This document shows, one piece after another, positions 38,622 through 47,546 of a DNA stretch of 64,000 nucleotides. Both the position numbers and the translations under genes were made by a program. Positions within the stretch are counted from its first letter, which is position 1. Each line of letters starts with the position of its first letter. The DNA lies in the NCBI GenBank assembly GCA_963662315.1, contig OY759353.1, forward strand, positions 3,040,001-3,104,000. The letters run 5' to 3'. Below the pieces are notes generated by a model, which saw nothing but the letters and a program-made list of their open reading frames with translations, was not told the origin of the DNA and did not search any database. Source of the stretch: Geopsychrobacteraceae bacterium (GTDB taxonomy: Bacteria; Desulfobacterota; Desulfuromonadia; Desulfuromonadales; Geopsychrobacteraceae).

Positions 38622-38764
38622 TTTCTGATCCGGAAACGGCCCTTTTCCACAATCTCTGCGTCAGTCTGCGCATTTGCTTGTGCGGCGTAAAGTACTACGC
38701 CTCCGCGCAGATGCTATACTTCCTTGGCCTTGCGCAAAATTACCAGTTTCCGGATCAGAAATCA
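38619..38764. repeat. 146-bp non-coding element with perfect 19-bp terminal inverted repeats (MITE/REP-like)
   Basis: TGATTTCTGATCCGGAAAC (38619-38637) and GTTTCCGGATCAGAAATCA (38746-38764), with an internal hairpin GGCGTA-AAGTAC-TACGCC. Confidence 0.7.
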
Positions 38765-38840
38765 TTGGTGGTTTGATGCTTAACCGAGAAGGTGCGTGTA
38801 GGGCGGATGAGGGAGGAGTACGCGTTTTAACCAACCTTAT

Positions 38841-39545
38841 TCAGGCGTTGACTGAGGTGACAAGGACCTTATCAGCCACGACATGCCAGCGAATATTGTA
38901 TCCATCAAGCTCCACACCATACTCACGTTCATCGTCAGACTGGCGACGATAGGCCGGGCGTGGATCAAGGCTCAGGGTTTCGCGGATAACGTCTTCCAGG
39001 GGGGGATTTTTGTGCTTCAATGCCTGCAATTGAGCAAGTGCTGTGCTGCTGAATTCGACCTCGAGAATAGCTTGTGGGGCCTCTTGGGCAAATCCACTAA
39101 TCGCTTCGGGAAAACTGTCGGCATATCTGACGTAGGGTTTGATATCGATAATGGGAGTCCCATCGATCAGATCGGCACCTTCTACCTCCAGAGAAAAATC
39201 ACCTGTCTGGGAGTTGACCTTTAATAGCTTTACTGCAGAGAGGCCGACAGGGTTAGGGCGAAACGGGGAGCGCGAAGCAAAGACTCCTACCCTTTTATTG
39301 CCACCCAGACGCGGCGGCCGTACGGTTGGCTGCCAGCCTTTCTGCCAGTTTTGGTGAAATATGAACAACAGCCAGATATGACTGTATTCGCTTAGGCCAC
39401 GTAATGCTTCAGCACTGGCAAACTCAGGAAAAAAAACGACTTTGGCCTGAACCGAAGGAGCCAGACCCGCTTGGCGCGGGGTTCCGAATTTTTCAGTGAA
39501 CGGACTTTTTATAGTAGCAATCTGGGTAAGAGGATATTCCATCAT
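38841..39545 (-). CDS. tsaA: tRNA m6t6A37 methyltransferase TrmO (TsaA)
   Basis: EKFGTPRQ, SHIWLLFIFH, VRPPRLGGNKRVGVFASRSPFRPNPVGLS, DGTPIIDIKPY, DPRPAY. Start 39545 overlaps the stop of the DMT gene. Confidence 0.95.
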   Translation of the reverse strand: MMEYPLTQIATIKSPFTEKFGTPRQAGLAPSVQAKVVFFPEFASAEALRGLSEYSHIWLLFIFHQNWQKGWQPTVRPPRLGGNKRVGVFASRSPFRPNPVGLSAVKLLKVNSQTGDFSLEVEGADLIDGTPIIDIKPYVRYADSFPEAISGFAQEAPQAILEVEFSSTALAQLQALKHKNPPLEDVIRETLSLDPRPAYRRQSDDEREYGVELDGYNIRWHVVADKVLVTSVNA

Positions 39546-40468
39546 GTCTCTAATATTCCATTGGCTGGTGATGTCGTTGCCCGTCGACTGCTGATCCATA
39601 CCCCAGTAAAGACCAGAGCGCAGGCGAACCATTGTGACAGACTTAGCTTTTCATCAAGAATGAGCAGGCCCAGCATAACGCTAAAGACCGGAATCAGGTT
39701 AACAAAGCCGGCGGCCTGACTGGCTGGAACCCGGCTGACGCCAAAATTGAAGCAGCCGTAGCCGCCAAGGGTCACAAAGGTCCCCAGATAGATAATGGCA
39801 AACGCCGACAGTGGTTGCCATAGCTGCGGAAAACCGATCCCGGGCATAAGTAAGAAAGGGAAAAAAAACAGACTGCCAATAAATGCCTGAAAGGCGGTCA
39901 AAAATAAGGGTGGATAGTTGCTGGTCAGGTGTTTAAGAGCAATCGTATAGCCAGCGGCACAGACCATGGCCAGAAATTCACATAAATTACCCATCAGCGG
40001 GTTTGGGGCGTGAGTATCTGCCGAAGCACCAATGCTGAGCCAGCCGGCGCCGATAATCGCCAGGGAAAAGCCACTGATCGTCTGTTTGCTGATCCGTTCA
40101 CGCAGCATCAGCCAGGCCAGTATTGCCACCAGCAGGGGGAACATGGCGGTAATCATGCCAGCCTGGGAAGCGCTGGTCAATTCCAATGCTTTCGCTTCAA
40201 ACAGAAAATACAGGCAGGGTTCACAGATGGCCATGAGCAGCATGTATTTAATATCCTTTTTCCGCCAGTTCAGTTTGCGGAATGAGGGGTAGAAAATCAG
40301 CAGGCACAGGCTGGCAATGAACATACGACCGAAAATGACTTGCATCGGATGATAATTGCGAAAAGCGATTTTTAAGGCAACAAAGGAACTGGCCCATAAG
40401 ATAGAGGCCAGGATAAGACTCAGGGTTGGCAGCACGAGATTGTCTTTAGAGGTCACCGTTGACTCCAC
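39542..40468 (-). CDS. DMT/EamA-family transporter
   Basis: About 10 hydrophobic helices in two EamA repeats (LWASSFVALK, LTSASQAG, NLIPVFSVMLGLLILDE). Confidence 0.93.
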   Translation of the reverse strand: MESTVTSKDNLVLPTLSLILASILWASSFVALKIAFRNYHPMQVIFGRMFIASLCLLIFYPSFRKLNWRKKDIKYMLLMAICEPCLYFLFEAKALELTSASQAGMITAMFPLLVAILAWLMLRERISKQTISGFSLAIIGAGWLSIGASADTHAPNPLMGNLCEFLAMVCAAGYTIALKHLTSNYPPLFLTAFQAFIGSLFFFPFLLMPGIGFPQLWQPLSAFAIIYLGTFVTLGGYGCFNFGVSRVPASQAAGFVNLIPVFSVMLGLLILDEKLSLSQWFACALVFTGVWISSRRATTSPANGILET

Positions 40469-40559
40469 AGCAAAGCAAAAAAACAGACTGTTCCCCTCTT
40501 GCGCGTAACAGCCTGGTAAAGATAATCCTGTTTATAGGTGGACGCTAGAAAAATCGACC

Positions 40560-40568
40560 TGTGGATAA
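40560..40568 (-). promoter_or_regulatory. Perfect DnaA box in intergenic region
   Basis: TGTGGATAA with an adjacent degenerate TGTTGAAAA (40572-40580). Confidence 0.45.
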
Positions 40569-40597
40569 AGATGTTGAAAACTCGCTAAAGTGGCATT

Positions 40598-41785
40598 TTA
40601 AAGTGGAAAAGACAGGGAAAAGGTACAATTATCGTGATTGACAGGCTCTTCCAGGATCAAACTCCCGCCCATGGATTGAGCCAGGGTTCTCGCCATGTAA
40701 AGGCCTAAACCGGAACCGCTGGTCTGGCTGGCCTGGTTCTTTCCCCGGTAGAACTTGTCGAAGATTTTTTCCCGATCCTGCTCAGGTATTCCTGGTCCGT
40801 CGTCGCTGATACGGAAGCAGAGCCGGTTAGTGTCACAGGTCACCAGAACTTTTACTTCACCATCAAGCAAAGAATATTTCAGGGCATTTTCTATCAGGCT
40901 GGCCAGAATAATCTTCAGGCCGATCGGGTGAAGCTGGACCTCACAATCCCGTGGTAACGAGAAGATCAGTTGACAGGCTTTCTGTTCTGCGAGTGGTTGG
41001 AACAGCTTGTGTAACTCGTCGAGCAGTTCCTGCAACTGGAAGCGTTGCGGCTTCAGTTGACTCTGGCCATCTTCTACCTGGCGGATCAAGAGATAATGTT
41101 CAGCCAGGCTGCCTAAATAGTGGGAGCTGTGGGAGATCTGTTCAATAAACTGATCCCCTTCAACACAGCGCAGAGAATGCTGTTCATTGAGATGATCAGC
41201 CATACCGGAAATGACGGTCAGTTGGTTACGCAGTTCATGAAACAAGGCATGTTGCCAGTTATCCTGCAACTGCTGCCACTTCTGCATGGTTTCTAGCTGT
41301 CGGGTCAGACAGCGGTGTTCCTGGCTGCGCTTGATCAAGAGGCGGGTTTGCAGAATCACCTCTTTAACCGTATAGGGTTTGGGCAGATAAAGATCGGCTC
41401 CCAGATCATAGCCTTTCAGCTTGTCCTGTTCAGCACTCAGAGCACTTAGCATGATGACCGGAGTTTCTCTGATCTGGGCATCGTGATGGGCGCGAACCAT
41501 GCGGCATATCTCCCAGCCATTGAGCAGCGGCAGCATTATATCCAGCAGGATCAGATCCGGTTGCTCGCGACCGATTATCCGGCACGCTTCCAGTCCGTCA
41601 CCAGCTTTCAAAATAGTAAAACCCTGCCGCATGAGATTAAATTCAAGGATTTCAACGAGGGAATCCTCATCTTCGACAATAAGAACGCAACCGGCAGACT
41701 GGTTTTCAGACAGGCGCGAATGAACTTGAGTATAAGAAATCCGGTTATTGGTGGAATCTGGTTGAAAGGTGTTGGCCTGGACCAT
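40598..41785 (-). CDS. Cytoplasmic REC-HisKA-HATPase hybrid kinase
   Basis: PhoB-like REC (LIVEDE, LLDIMLP, GADLYLPKPY), LFHELRNQL, ENALKY, DDGPG, GSGLGL. Confidence 0.9.
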   Translation of the reverse strand: MVQANTFQPDSTNNRISYTQVHSRLSENQSAGCVLIVEDEDSLVEILEFNLMRQGFTILKAGDGLEACRIIGREQPDLILLDIMLPLLNGWEICRMVRAHHDAQIRETPVIMLSALSAEQDKLKGYDLGADLYLPKPYTVKEVILQTRLLIKRSQEHRCLTRQLETMQKWQQLQDNWQHALFHELRNQLTVISGMADHLNEQHSLRCVEGDQFIEQISHSSHYLGSLAEHYLLIRQVEDGQSQLKPQRFQLQELLDELHKLFQPLAEQKACQLIFSLPRDCEVQLHPIGLKIILASLIENALKYSLLDGEVKVLVTCDTNRLCFRISDDGPGIPEQDREKIFDKFYRGKNQASQTSGSGLGLYMARTLAQSMGGSLILEEPVNHDNCTFSLSFPL

Positions 41786-41831
41786 ATCTCCCCCTTGAGC
41801 AAAAGGTCGTAATAAATATTCAAGCTAACCT

Positions 41832-41860
41832 ATGAAGATATCGTTATAAATATATGAGAA
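41832..41860 (-). promoter_or_regulatory. Pho-box-like triple repeat upstream of the REC-kinase gene
   Basis: Minus strand TTCTCAT-ATAT-TTATAAC-GATA-TCTTCAT, then 10 nt, then GAATAT. Confidence 0.6.
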
Positions 41861-41910
41861 AATGATTGGAATTGTATTAGCTGGTTGAAAACAGGGGGGC
41901 ACAAATGAAA

Positions 41911-41939
41911 ATCTAACAGGGTCACAATCAGGCCATAAC
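41911..41939 (+). promoter_or_regulatory. Pho-box-like repeat upstream of the OlsF-like gene
   Basis: ATCTAAC-AGGG-TCACAAT-CAGG-CCATAAC, then 10-11 nt, then TTAAAT/TAAATT. Confidence 0.4.
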
Positions 41940-41984
41940 AGTAATCCGGTTAAATTGCAAAAATTTATCCTCAGGAGAAGCGTT

Positions 41985-43826
41985 ATGGCAGAAAATTGCG
42001 ATCAGGTTACCCCGTTTTTATTCAACAGGCCGGAAGGTGGTTTCAGTTCCCTGGTCCGTAAAAAAATATATGGCGCCTTGGAACTGACTGCTGGTCTGAA
42101 ACGCTGTCAGCATCTGTATGAGCAAATACCCCGGCAAGATTGTCTAACCGATTTTACCCGGCATGCTCTGGCAAAAATGGCTGTTGATTACCAGGTAAGT
42201 AACGAGGCGATATCCCGTATCCCCCAATCCGGAGCCTGTGTGTTGGTGGCTAACCATCCTTATGGTGGTATTGAAGGAGTCGTCCTGCTGCATTTGCTCA
42301 GTCGGGTACGTCCTGATTTTAAGGTGATGGGGAACTTTCTGCTGGGGAGGGTTCCGCAATTGCGCAACCACCTTATTGAAGTCGATCCTTTTGGAGGCAG
42401 CAGTGCTGCGCGCAGCAACGTCATCCCTATGCGTCAGGCCCGGCAACTATTGCGGGATGGTGGTTTACTGGTCATCTTTCCCGCCGGTGAGGTTTCTTCC
42501 TGGCAATCATGGCGCAGCGGGATTGTTGATTCGGCCTGGAGCATTAATGTCGGGCGACTGGTCCGCAGCAGTAAAGCTCCTGTGTTGCCGGTCTATTTTC
42601 CCGGACATAACGGACCGCTGTTCCAGGTCGCCGGTATGGTTCATTCCCGCCTGCGCACTTTCCTGTTGCCGCGCATGTTGCTGAATCGCCAGCAGCGCAT
42701 TCTGAGTCCCGTTATCGGCAATCAGATTCCGGCCAAACGCTGTGCCGCGTTCGAAGATGATCAGCAACTGATAAACTACCTGCGCCTGCGTACCTACTCT
42801 TTGGGGCTCGAGACAAAGCGTCGCATGACCGTTCAGCTCGCGTCCAAATCAGAACAGGGACGCGAGACAGCGGTCATCGAACCGGTAGCGGTGGAGCTGT
42901 TGAAACAGGATCTTGAGGCGTTACCCGAACAGCAACGGCTTGTCGATAGCGGTGAATATTCCGTTTTTTATGGGACCGCAGACCAACTGCCTCATCTGCT
43001 GGTGGAAATTGGCCGTTTACGCGAACTAACCTTTCGCCTGGCTGGTGAGGGGACCGGCAACGCGGTTGATCTTGACCAATTTGACCGCCAGTATCATCAC
43101 CTGTTCGTGTGGAACCGTGACAAGGAAGAGATTGTCGGAGCCTACCGTATTGGCCAGGTTGACCAATTGTTGGCCGTTCACGGCATTGGCGGGTTATACA
43201 GCTCGTCATTATTTGATTTTAAATCGCAACTATACCAGGCTCTCAGTCGGGGATTGGAACTGGGGCGTTCGTTTGTCCGTCCTGAATATCAGCGCACTTA
43301 TGCGCCGCTGTTGCTACTGTGGAAAGGTATCGGTCACTATTTGCTGCAATTTCCTCACTATCGTTATCTGTTTGGCCCGGTCAGCATCTCCCGCGACTAT
43401 GGGGAGGCTTCGCGCCAGCTGATGACGTCAACCCTGACCCGACATTACCAGGTTGAAGAGCTGGCCAGGCTGGTGCGGCCACGTTTGCCGGTGTCGGTAA
43501 AACCGATGTCCGTTCCGGGGTTCAGCCGCAGTTTATGTGATCAGTTGCTGCAGGATATTGATGATATCTCGGCGCTGGTCGCAGATCTGGAACATGATAG
43601 CAAAGGGATACCGGTGTTATTGCGCCATTATCTCGGGTTGGGGGGCAAGTTGCTGGCCTTTAACCTGGACCCAGATTTCAGCGATGTCATCGACGGTTTG
43701 TTGTTGGTTGATCTACCGCAAGCGGACAAGAAGCAGTTGCAACGCTATATGGGGCGCGATGGCTATGAGATGTATGTTGGGTATCATCATCGAAGCGATA
43801 AGGGTGAGGGGGACGTGGCTGCTTAA
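41985..43826 (+). CDS. Bifunctional PlsC-type acyltransferase plus GNAT N-acyltransferase (OlsF-like ornithine lipid synthase)
   Basis: N-terminal VANHPYGGIEG and IFPAGEV (PlsC motifs); C-terminal EIGRLRELTFR..GEGTG..DLDQFD, VGAYR, LELGRSFV, LLLLWKGI, IPVLLRHYL. AGGAG RBS before ATG 41985. Confidence 0.85.
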   Translation: MAENCDQVTPFLFNRPEGGFSSLVRKKIYGALELTAGLKRCQHLYEQIPRQDCLTDFTRHALAKMAVDYQVSNEAISRIPQSGACVLVANHPYGGIEGVVLLHLLSRVRPDFKVMGNFLLGRVPQLRNHLIEVDPFGGSSAARSNVIPMRQARQLLRDGGLLVIFPAGEVSSWQSWRSGIVDSAWSINVGRLVRSSKAPVLPVYFPGHNGPLFQVAGMVHSRLRTFLLPRMLLNRQQRILSPVIGNQIPAKRCAAFEDDQQLINYLRLRTYSLGLETKRRMTVQLASKSEQGRETAVIEPVAVELLKQDLEALPEQQRLVDSGEYSVFYGTADQLPHLLVEIGRLRELTFRLAGEGTGNAVDLDQFDRQYHHLFVWNRDKEEIVGAYRIGQVDQLLAVHGIGGLYSSSLFDFKSQLYQALSRGLELGRSFVRPEYQRTYAPLLLLWKGIGHYLLQFPHYRYLFGPVSISRDYGEASRQLMTSTLTRHYQVEELARLVRPRLPVSVKPMSVPGFSRSLCDQLLQDIDDISALVADLEHDSKGIPVLLRHYLGLGGKLLAFNLDPDFSDVIDGLLLVDLPQADKKQLQRYMGRDGYEMYVGYHHRSDKGEGDVAA

Positions 43827-43956
43827 CGGTGGGTTTGGTTTTATGATCAGCTTGAGTTGATACTAAAATGAACGATAAATACTAGTGAAAAACTCGGAAA
43901 TTATGTATAGTTTTTAAAAAATAAACACAACTTAATTTCCGAGGAATAAGAAACCC

Positions 43957-44637
43957 ATGAAAAATCGCACCGGCAAGCTGGCGATCATCACAGTCATTAT
44001 TGCCCTGATAGCAGCATTTATCATGCTGGATCTCCACCAGTATCTGACCCTCAGCTACCTGAAAAGCCAGCAGCAGGCCTTCGATGCGTATTATCAGCAC
44101 CACCAACTGGCATCTCTTCTCATCTACTTTTGTGTCTATGTTCTGGTGACCGCCCTGTCGTTACCGGGGGCTGTTGTGCTAACCCTGGCCGGGGGCGGGT
44201 TATTCGGTTTCTGGATGGCGTTGCTGATCGTCAGTTTTGCCAGCAGCATTGGAGCGACCTGCGCTTTTCTGGTATCGCGTTTTCTGTTGCATGACTGGGT
44301 GCAGGCCAAGTTTGGTAACCGGCTGAAGGCGATCAATGCCGGCGTGGACAAGGAAGGTGCTTTTTATCTCTTTTCCTTACGCCTGGTTCCCATTTTTCCA
44401 TTTTTTGTCATCAACCTGGTTATGGGGCTGACACCACTGAAGACCGGTCTTTACTACCTGGTCAGCCAGATCGGCATGTTGCCCGGAACCATTGTGTACG
44501 TTAATGCCGGTACTCAGCTTGGTCAATTGCAGAATGCGGCGGGGATTCTCTCCCCGGCATTGCTCTTGTCCTTTGCCCTGTTGGGAATTTTTCCCCTGGT
44601 GGCCAAACGGGTACTGTCTGCTTTCCAGGCACGTTAA
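43957..44637 (+). CDS. TVP38/TMEM64 (DedA superfamily) membrane protein, N-terminal part of a broken fusion gene
   Basis: LSLPGAVVLTLAGGGLFG, ASSIGAT, LRLVPIFPFFVINLVMGLT, GMLPGT. Confidence 0.9.
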   Translation: MKNRTGKLAIITVIIALIAAFIMLDLHQYLTLSYLKSQQQAFDAYYQHHQLASLLIYFCVYVLVTALSLPGAVVLTLAGGGLFGFWMALLIVSFASSIGATCAFLVSRFLLHDWVQAKFGNRLKAINAGVDKEGAFYLFSLRLVPIFPFFVINLVMGLTPLKTGLYYLVSQIGMLPGTIVYVNAGTQLGQLQNAAGILSPALLLSFALLGIFPLVAKRVLSAFQAR

Positions 44638-44990
44638 GTTTATGCCGGTTATAACCGCCCAGCCCGTTTTGATTACAATCTGGTGGTCATTGGGGCCGGC
44701 AGTGCCGGGCAGGTCAGTGACTATGACAGTGGTCTCTTCGCTGGTGAAGGGATCTTGGTCTTAACCGGCCGCAAAGCTCTTGAATTCAGGACAGTTGATG
44801 GTCAGAAGCAACTGCTGTGTCCGGTTGGCTCTGCATAGGTGGTTCCTTTTGATCTGATTCTGGTTGCTGTTGGCAGGAAGGCAAATGTCTCAGGTTTCGG
44901 CCTTGCAGGATTGAGGAATTTGCAAGCGGAATCCTTCACACTGACCCGTTTCTGCGGTCTAATTTCCCCAATATCTTATGGCCGGAGAAG
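44638..44990 (+). pseudogene. Remnant of an FAD-dependent pyridine nucleotide-disulfide oxidoreductase domain formerly fused to TVP38
   Basis: Same frame after TAA reads VYAGYNRPARFDYNLVVIGAGSAG (Rossmann motif), then jumps to ...*VVPFDLILVAVGRKANVSGFGL (stop at 44836-44838) and, in a shifted frame, DPFLRSNFPNI. Confidence 0.85.
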
Positions 44991-45050
44991 CAGATAGTTT
45001 TACGGCTGATGGAGCCCTAGCTGGATTTCAGGTTAAGGCCCACAGCAAAA

Positions 45051-47258
45051 TCAGCGCTTTTTATTGCGTTGCGGACCGGCCGTTTTGGTTTTCCGTTTTT
45101 TGGAACGCTGCGCCAGGATAACCCGTTTTTCAGCCAGTTTAATCTGTTTGTCCTGGCAACCCTCGCTGCCTTTGCGGGCATGGGGGTTGACCAAATGATA
45201 CTGGCCGTCAGATTGCAGTTCCCAGGCATTGACCCGATCTTCCAGCTGCAGGTCAAAAATTTCCCGTAACTGTTCGCGTATGGTTTTGCTTGCTACCGGT
45301 ACCAGGGTTTCTACCCGGTATTCAAGGTTGCGGCGCATGGCGTCGGCAGAACCAAGCAGAAATTCCTCGTTGCCACCATTTTTAAAATAATAGATGCGGG
45401 CATGTTCAAGAAACCGCCCCAGAATCGAGACCACCCGGATGTTGTCCGATAGCCCTTCGATACCTGGCCTGATCCGGCAGCTGTCCCGAATCAACAATTC
45501 CACCTTGACTCCATTTTGCGAAGCGCGATACAGCGCTTTAACGATATCAGGATCCTCGAGGGCATTCATTTTGAAGCGGATCAGACCCGGATTTTTACTG
45601 CTATGAACCTCGATCTCCCGGGCAATTTTGGCCAGCAACGCATTTTTTAACTGCTTCGGGGCCGGCAGCAGAGTGTTGTAGTGACGTTTCGGAGTAAAAC
45701 CGGTGGTCAGGTAATTGAACAGCTCGGTGGCGTCACGGCCGACATCCTTGTTGTATATCAGTAAACCGAGGTCACTGTAGAGGCGCGCGGTGACCGGGTG
45801 GTAGTTGCCGGTGCCGATATGTACATAGCGCCGCAACCCTTTAAAGTCCTGGCGAATAACCAGGATTACCTTGGCGTGGGTTTTCAGACCGACGACACCA
45901 TAGGTGACATGAATGCCGGCTTCTTCCATCTTGGTGGCCAGTTTGATGTTCGCCTGTTCGTTAAAGCTGGCCTGTAGCTCAACCACAACCGCCACTTGCT
46001 TACCGTTGCGGGCGGCCTGGATCAGATAATTGATAATGCCGCTGGTTGGGTCGGTGCGGTAAAGTGTCATTTTTATCCCCAGCACCTTGGGATCTGTCGC
46101 AGCTTCATGGAGAAAGCGTTCCACTGATGAAGAAAATGATTCATAGGGATGCTGGAGCAGCACTTCTTTTTGGTCACGAATGGTATGAAAGATGCTGCGG
46201 TCAGCCGGTAACAAGGGGTTGTCAATGGGATGATGGGGCTTGTCTTTAAGCTCGGGAAGATCGAGGCGATAGATTTCCCACAGGTCACGTAGACCGAGCA
46301 GATCTTCAGAGACAAAGACATCTGACTCTTCATCGAGTCCCAGTTCTGAAGCCAGCCGACCTCGGTAAAGCGGATCAATGTGGGGCAGGACCTGGAAGCG
46401 CACGATCGGCGCAACCCGGCGATGTTCCAGAGTTGATTCAATCAACTCCAGCAGGTCATCGGCATGTTCCTCGTCTTTGCTGGTGTTGGCATTGCGGGTC
46501 ACGCGGAATAACTCGCAGCGGACGATTTCCATCTCGGGAAAGAGCAGATCGAGATTGTTCTGCAGGATATCTTCAAGACGGATAAAACGATAGCCGCTCC
46601 CCGGCAGTCTTTGAAAACGATTGGCCCCCGCTCCCACAGGAACCTTGACCCGGGCCAGTTCCGTTGCCGATTCGCCCGGGTAGCGCAGTACGACCAGCAG
46701 GTTCAGGGATAGGTTGGAAATGAACGGAAACGGATGAGCCGGGTCAACGGACTGAGGTGTAACCAGGGGGAAAATATTATCGTAAAAATGATTCCGAATC
46801 TGGGCCTTTTCTTCGCCAGTCAGCTGGGTAAAATCCAGGAATTCGATCCCCTGCTTTTTAAGGGCATGAAAAACGTCGCGCGTGACTTGCTCACGACGTG
46901 GCTGTATCCGGTTGATTTCAGCAAAGCATTCTTCCAGTTGCTGGCGTGGTGTCCGTCCATCAACGGTTATATCGCTGACACCAGTGGCCATCTGCTGTTT
47001 CAGGCCGCCGATCCGTTTCATAATGAATTCATCAACGTTGGAACCGTAGATGGCCAGAAACTTGACCCGTTCCAGAAGGGGTATTTTCGTATTGGAGGCT
47101 TGATGAAGAACGCGTTCATTGAACTTCAGCCAGCTCAATTCCCGGTTAAGGAACAGTTTCGGGTCATTCAGATCGTTATCTTTTGCATATTGAGACACCG
47201 GCTGTTCCGGGTGTTTTTCAGCTTTATCCTGAAGTGAAAATTGTTTAGCTGCTTCCAT
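45051..47258 (-). CDS. ppk1: Polyphosphate kinase 1
   Basis: NRELSWLKFNERV, DPAHPFPFISN, HPYESF, KMTLYR, KTHAK (phospho-His), GTGNY, RFLEHARI. Confidence 0.97.
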   Translation of the reverse strand: MEAAKQFSLQDKAEKHPEQPVSQYAKDNDLNDPKLFLNRELSWLKFNERVLHQASNTKIPLLERVKFLAIYGSNVDEFIMKRIGGLKQQMATGVSDITVDGRTPRQQLEECFAEINRIQPRREQVTRDVFHALKKQGIEFLDFTQLTGEEKAQIRNHFYDNIFPLVTPQSVDPAHPFPFISNLSLNLLVVLRYPGESATELARVKVPVGAGANRFQRLPGSGYRFIRLEDILQNNLDLLFPEMEIVRCELFRVTRNANTSKDEEHADDLLELIESTLEHRRVAPIVRFQVLPHIDPLYRGRLASELGLDEESDVFVSEDLLGLRDLWEIYRLDLPELKDKPHHPIDNPLLPADRSIFHTIRDQKEVLLQHPYESFSSSVERFLHEAATDPKVLGIKMTLYRTDPTSGIINYLIQAARNGKQVAVVVELQASFNEQANIKLATKMEEAGIHVTYGVVGLKTHAKVILVIRQDFKGLRRYVHIGTGNYHPVTARLYSDLGLLIYNKDVGRDATELFNYLTTGFTPKRHYNTLLPAPKQLKNALLAKIAREIEVHSSKNPGLIRFKMNALEDPDIVKALYRASQNGVKVELLIRDSCRIRPGIEGLSDNIRVVSILGRFLEHARIYYFKNGGNEEFLLGSADAMRRNLEYRVETLVPVASKTIREQLREIFDLQLEDRVNAWELQSDGQYHLVNPHARKGSEGCQDKQIKLAEKRVILAQRSKKRKTKTAGPQRNKKR

Positions 47259-47324
47259 CAATGCCTGTTCTCCTGATGTTTTTTATATGGCGTTTTTTAA
47301 ATCAACGAACTTTACGCGGGAATT

Positions 47325-47342
47325 GTGAGAATCATGTTAGCG
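47325..47342 (-). promoter_or_regulatory. Pho-box-like repeat upstream of ppk1
   Basis: Minus strand CGCTAAC-ATGA-TTCTCAC, exactly 10 nt, then TAAAGT (-10). Confidence 0.6.
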
Positions 47343-47405
47343 TTGAGATTATTTTAACAGATAATCAGGGGGGTACGGTCGCCATATAATTGGGGCTGCC
47401 AGGGA

Positions 47406-47546
47406 TTATTTTTTGTCTTTGATCTTTTTCTTAATTTTTGAAGCCTTGCAGACATCGTCCTTGTTTTCGGCAAGGGCGCCACATTTTTCACAGATCACCT
47501 TGGCGTGTTTTTTTTTGACCTTTGATTTACCTTTCAGACAGGCCAT
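47406..47546 (-). CDS. Small lysine-rich protein with four Cys (46 aa)
   Basis: Manual translation MACLKGKSKVKKKHAKVICEKCGALAENKDDVCKASKIKKKIKDKK*, GAGGA RBS; below the ORF-track cutoff. Confidence 0.75.
   Translation of the reverse strand: MACLKGKSKVKKKHAKVICEKCGALAENKDDVCKASKIKKKIKDKK

Noticed and set aside
38674..38952. 92-aa ORF spanning the inverted-repeat element
   Set aside because: TTG start inside the repeat element, overlaps the tsaA end antisense, no motif or RBS
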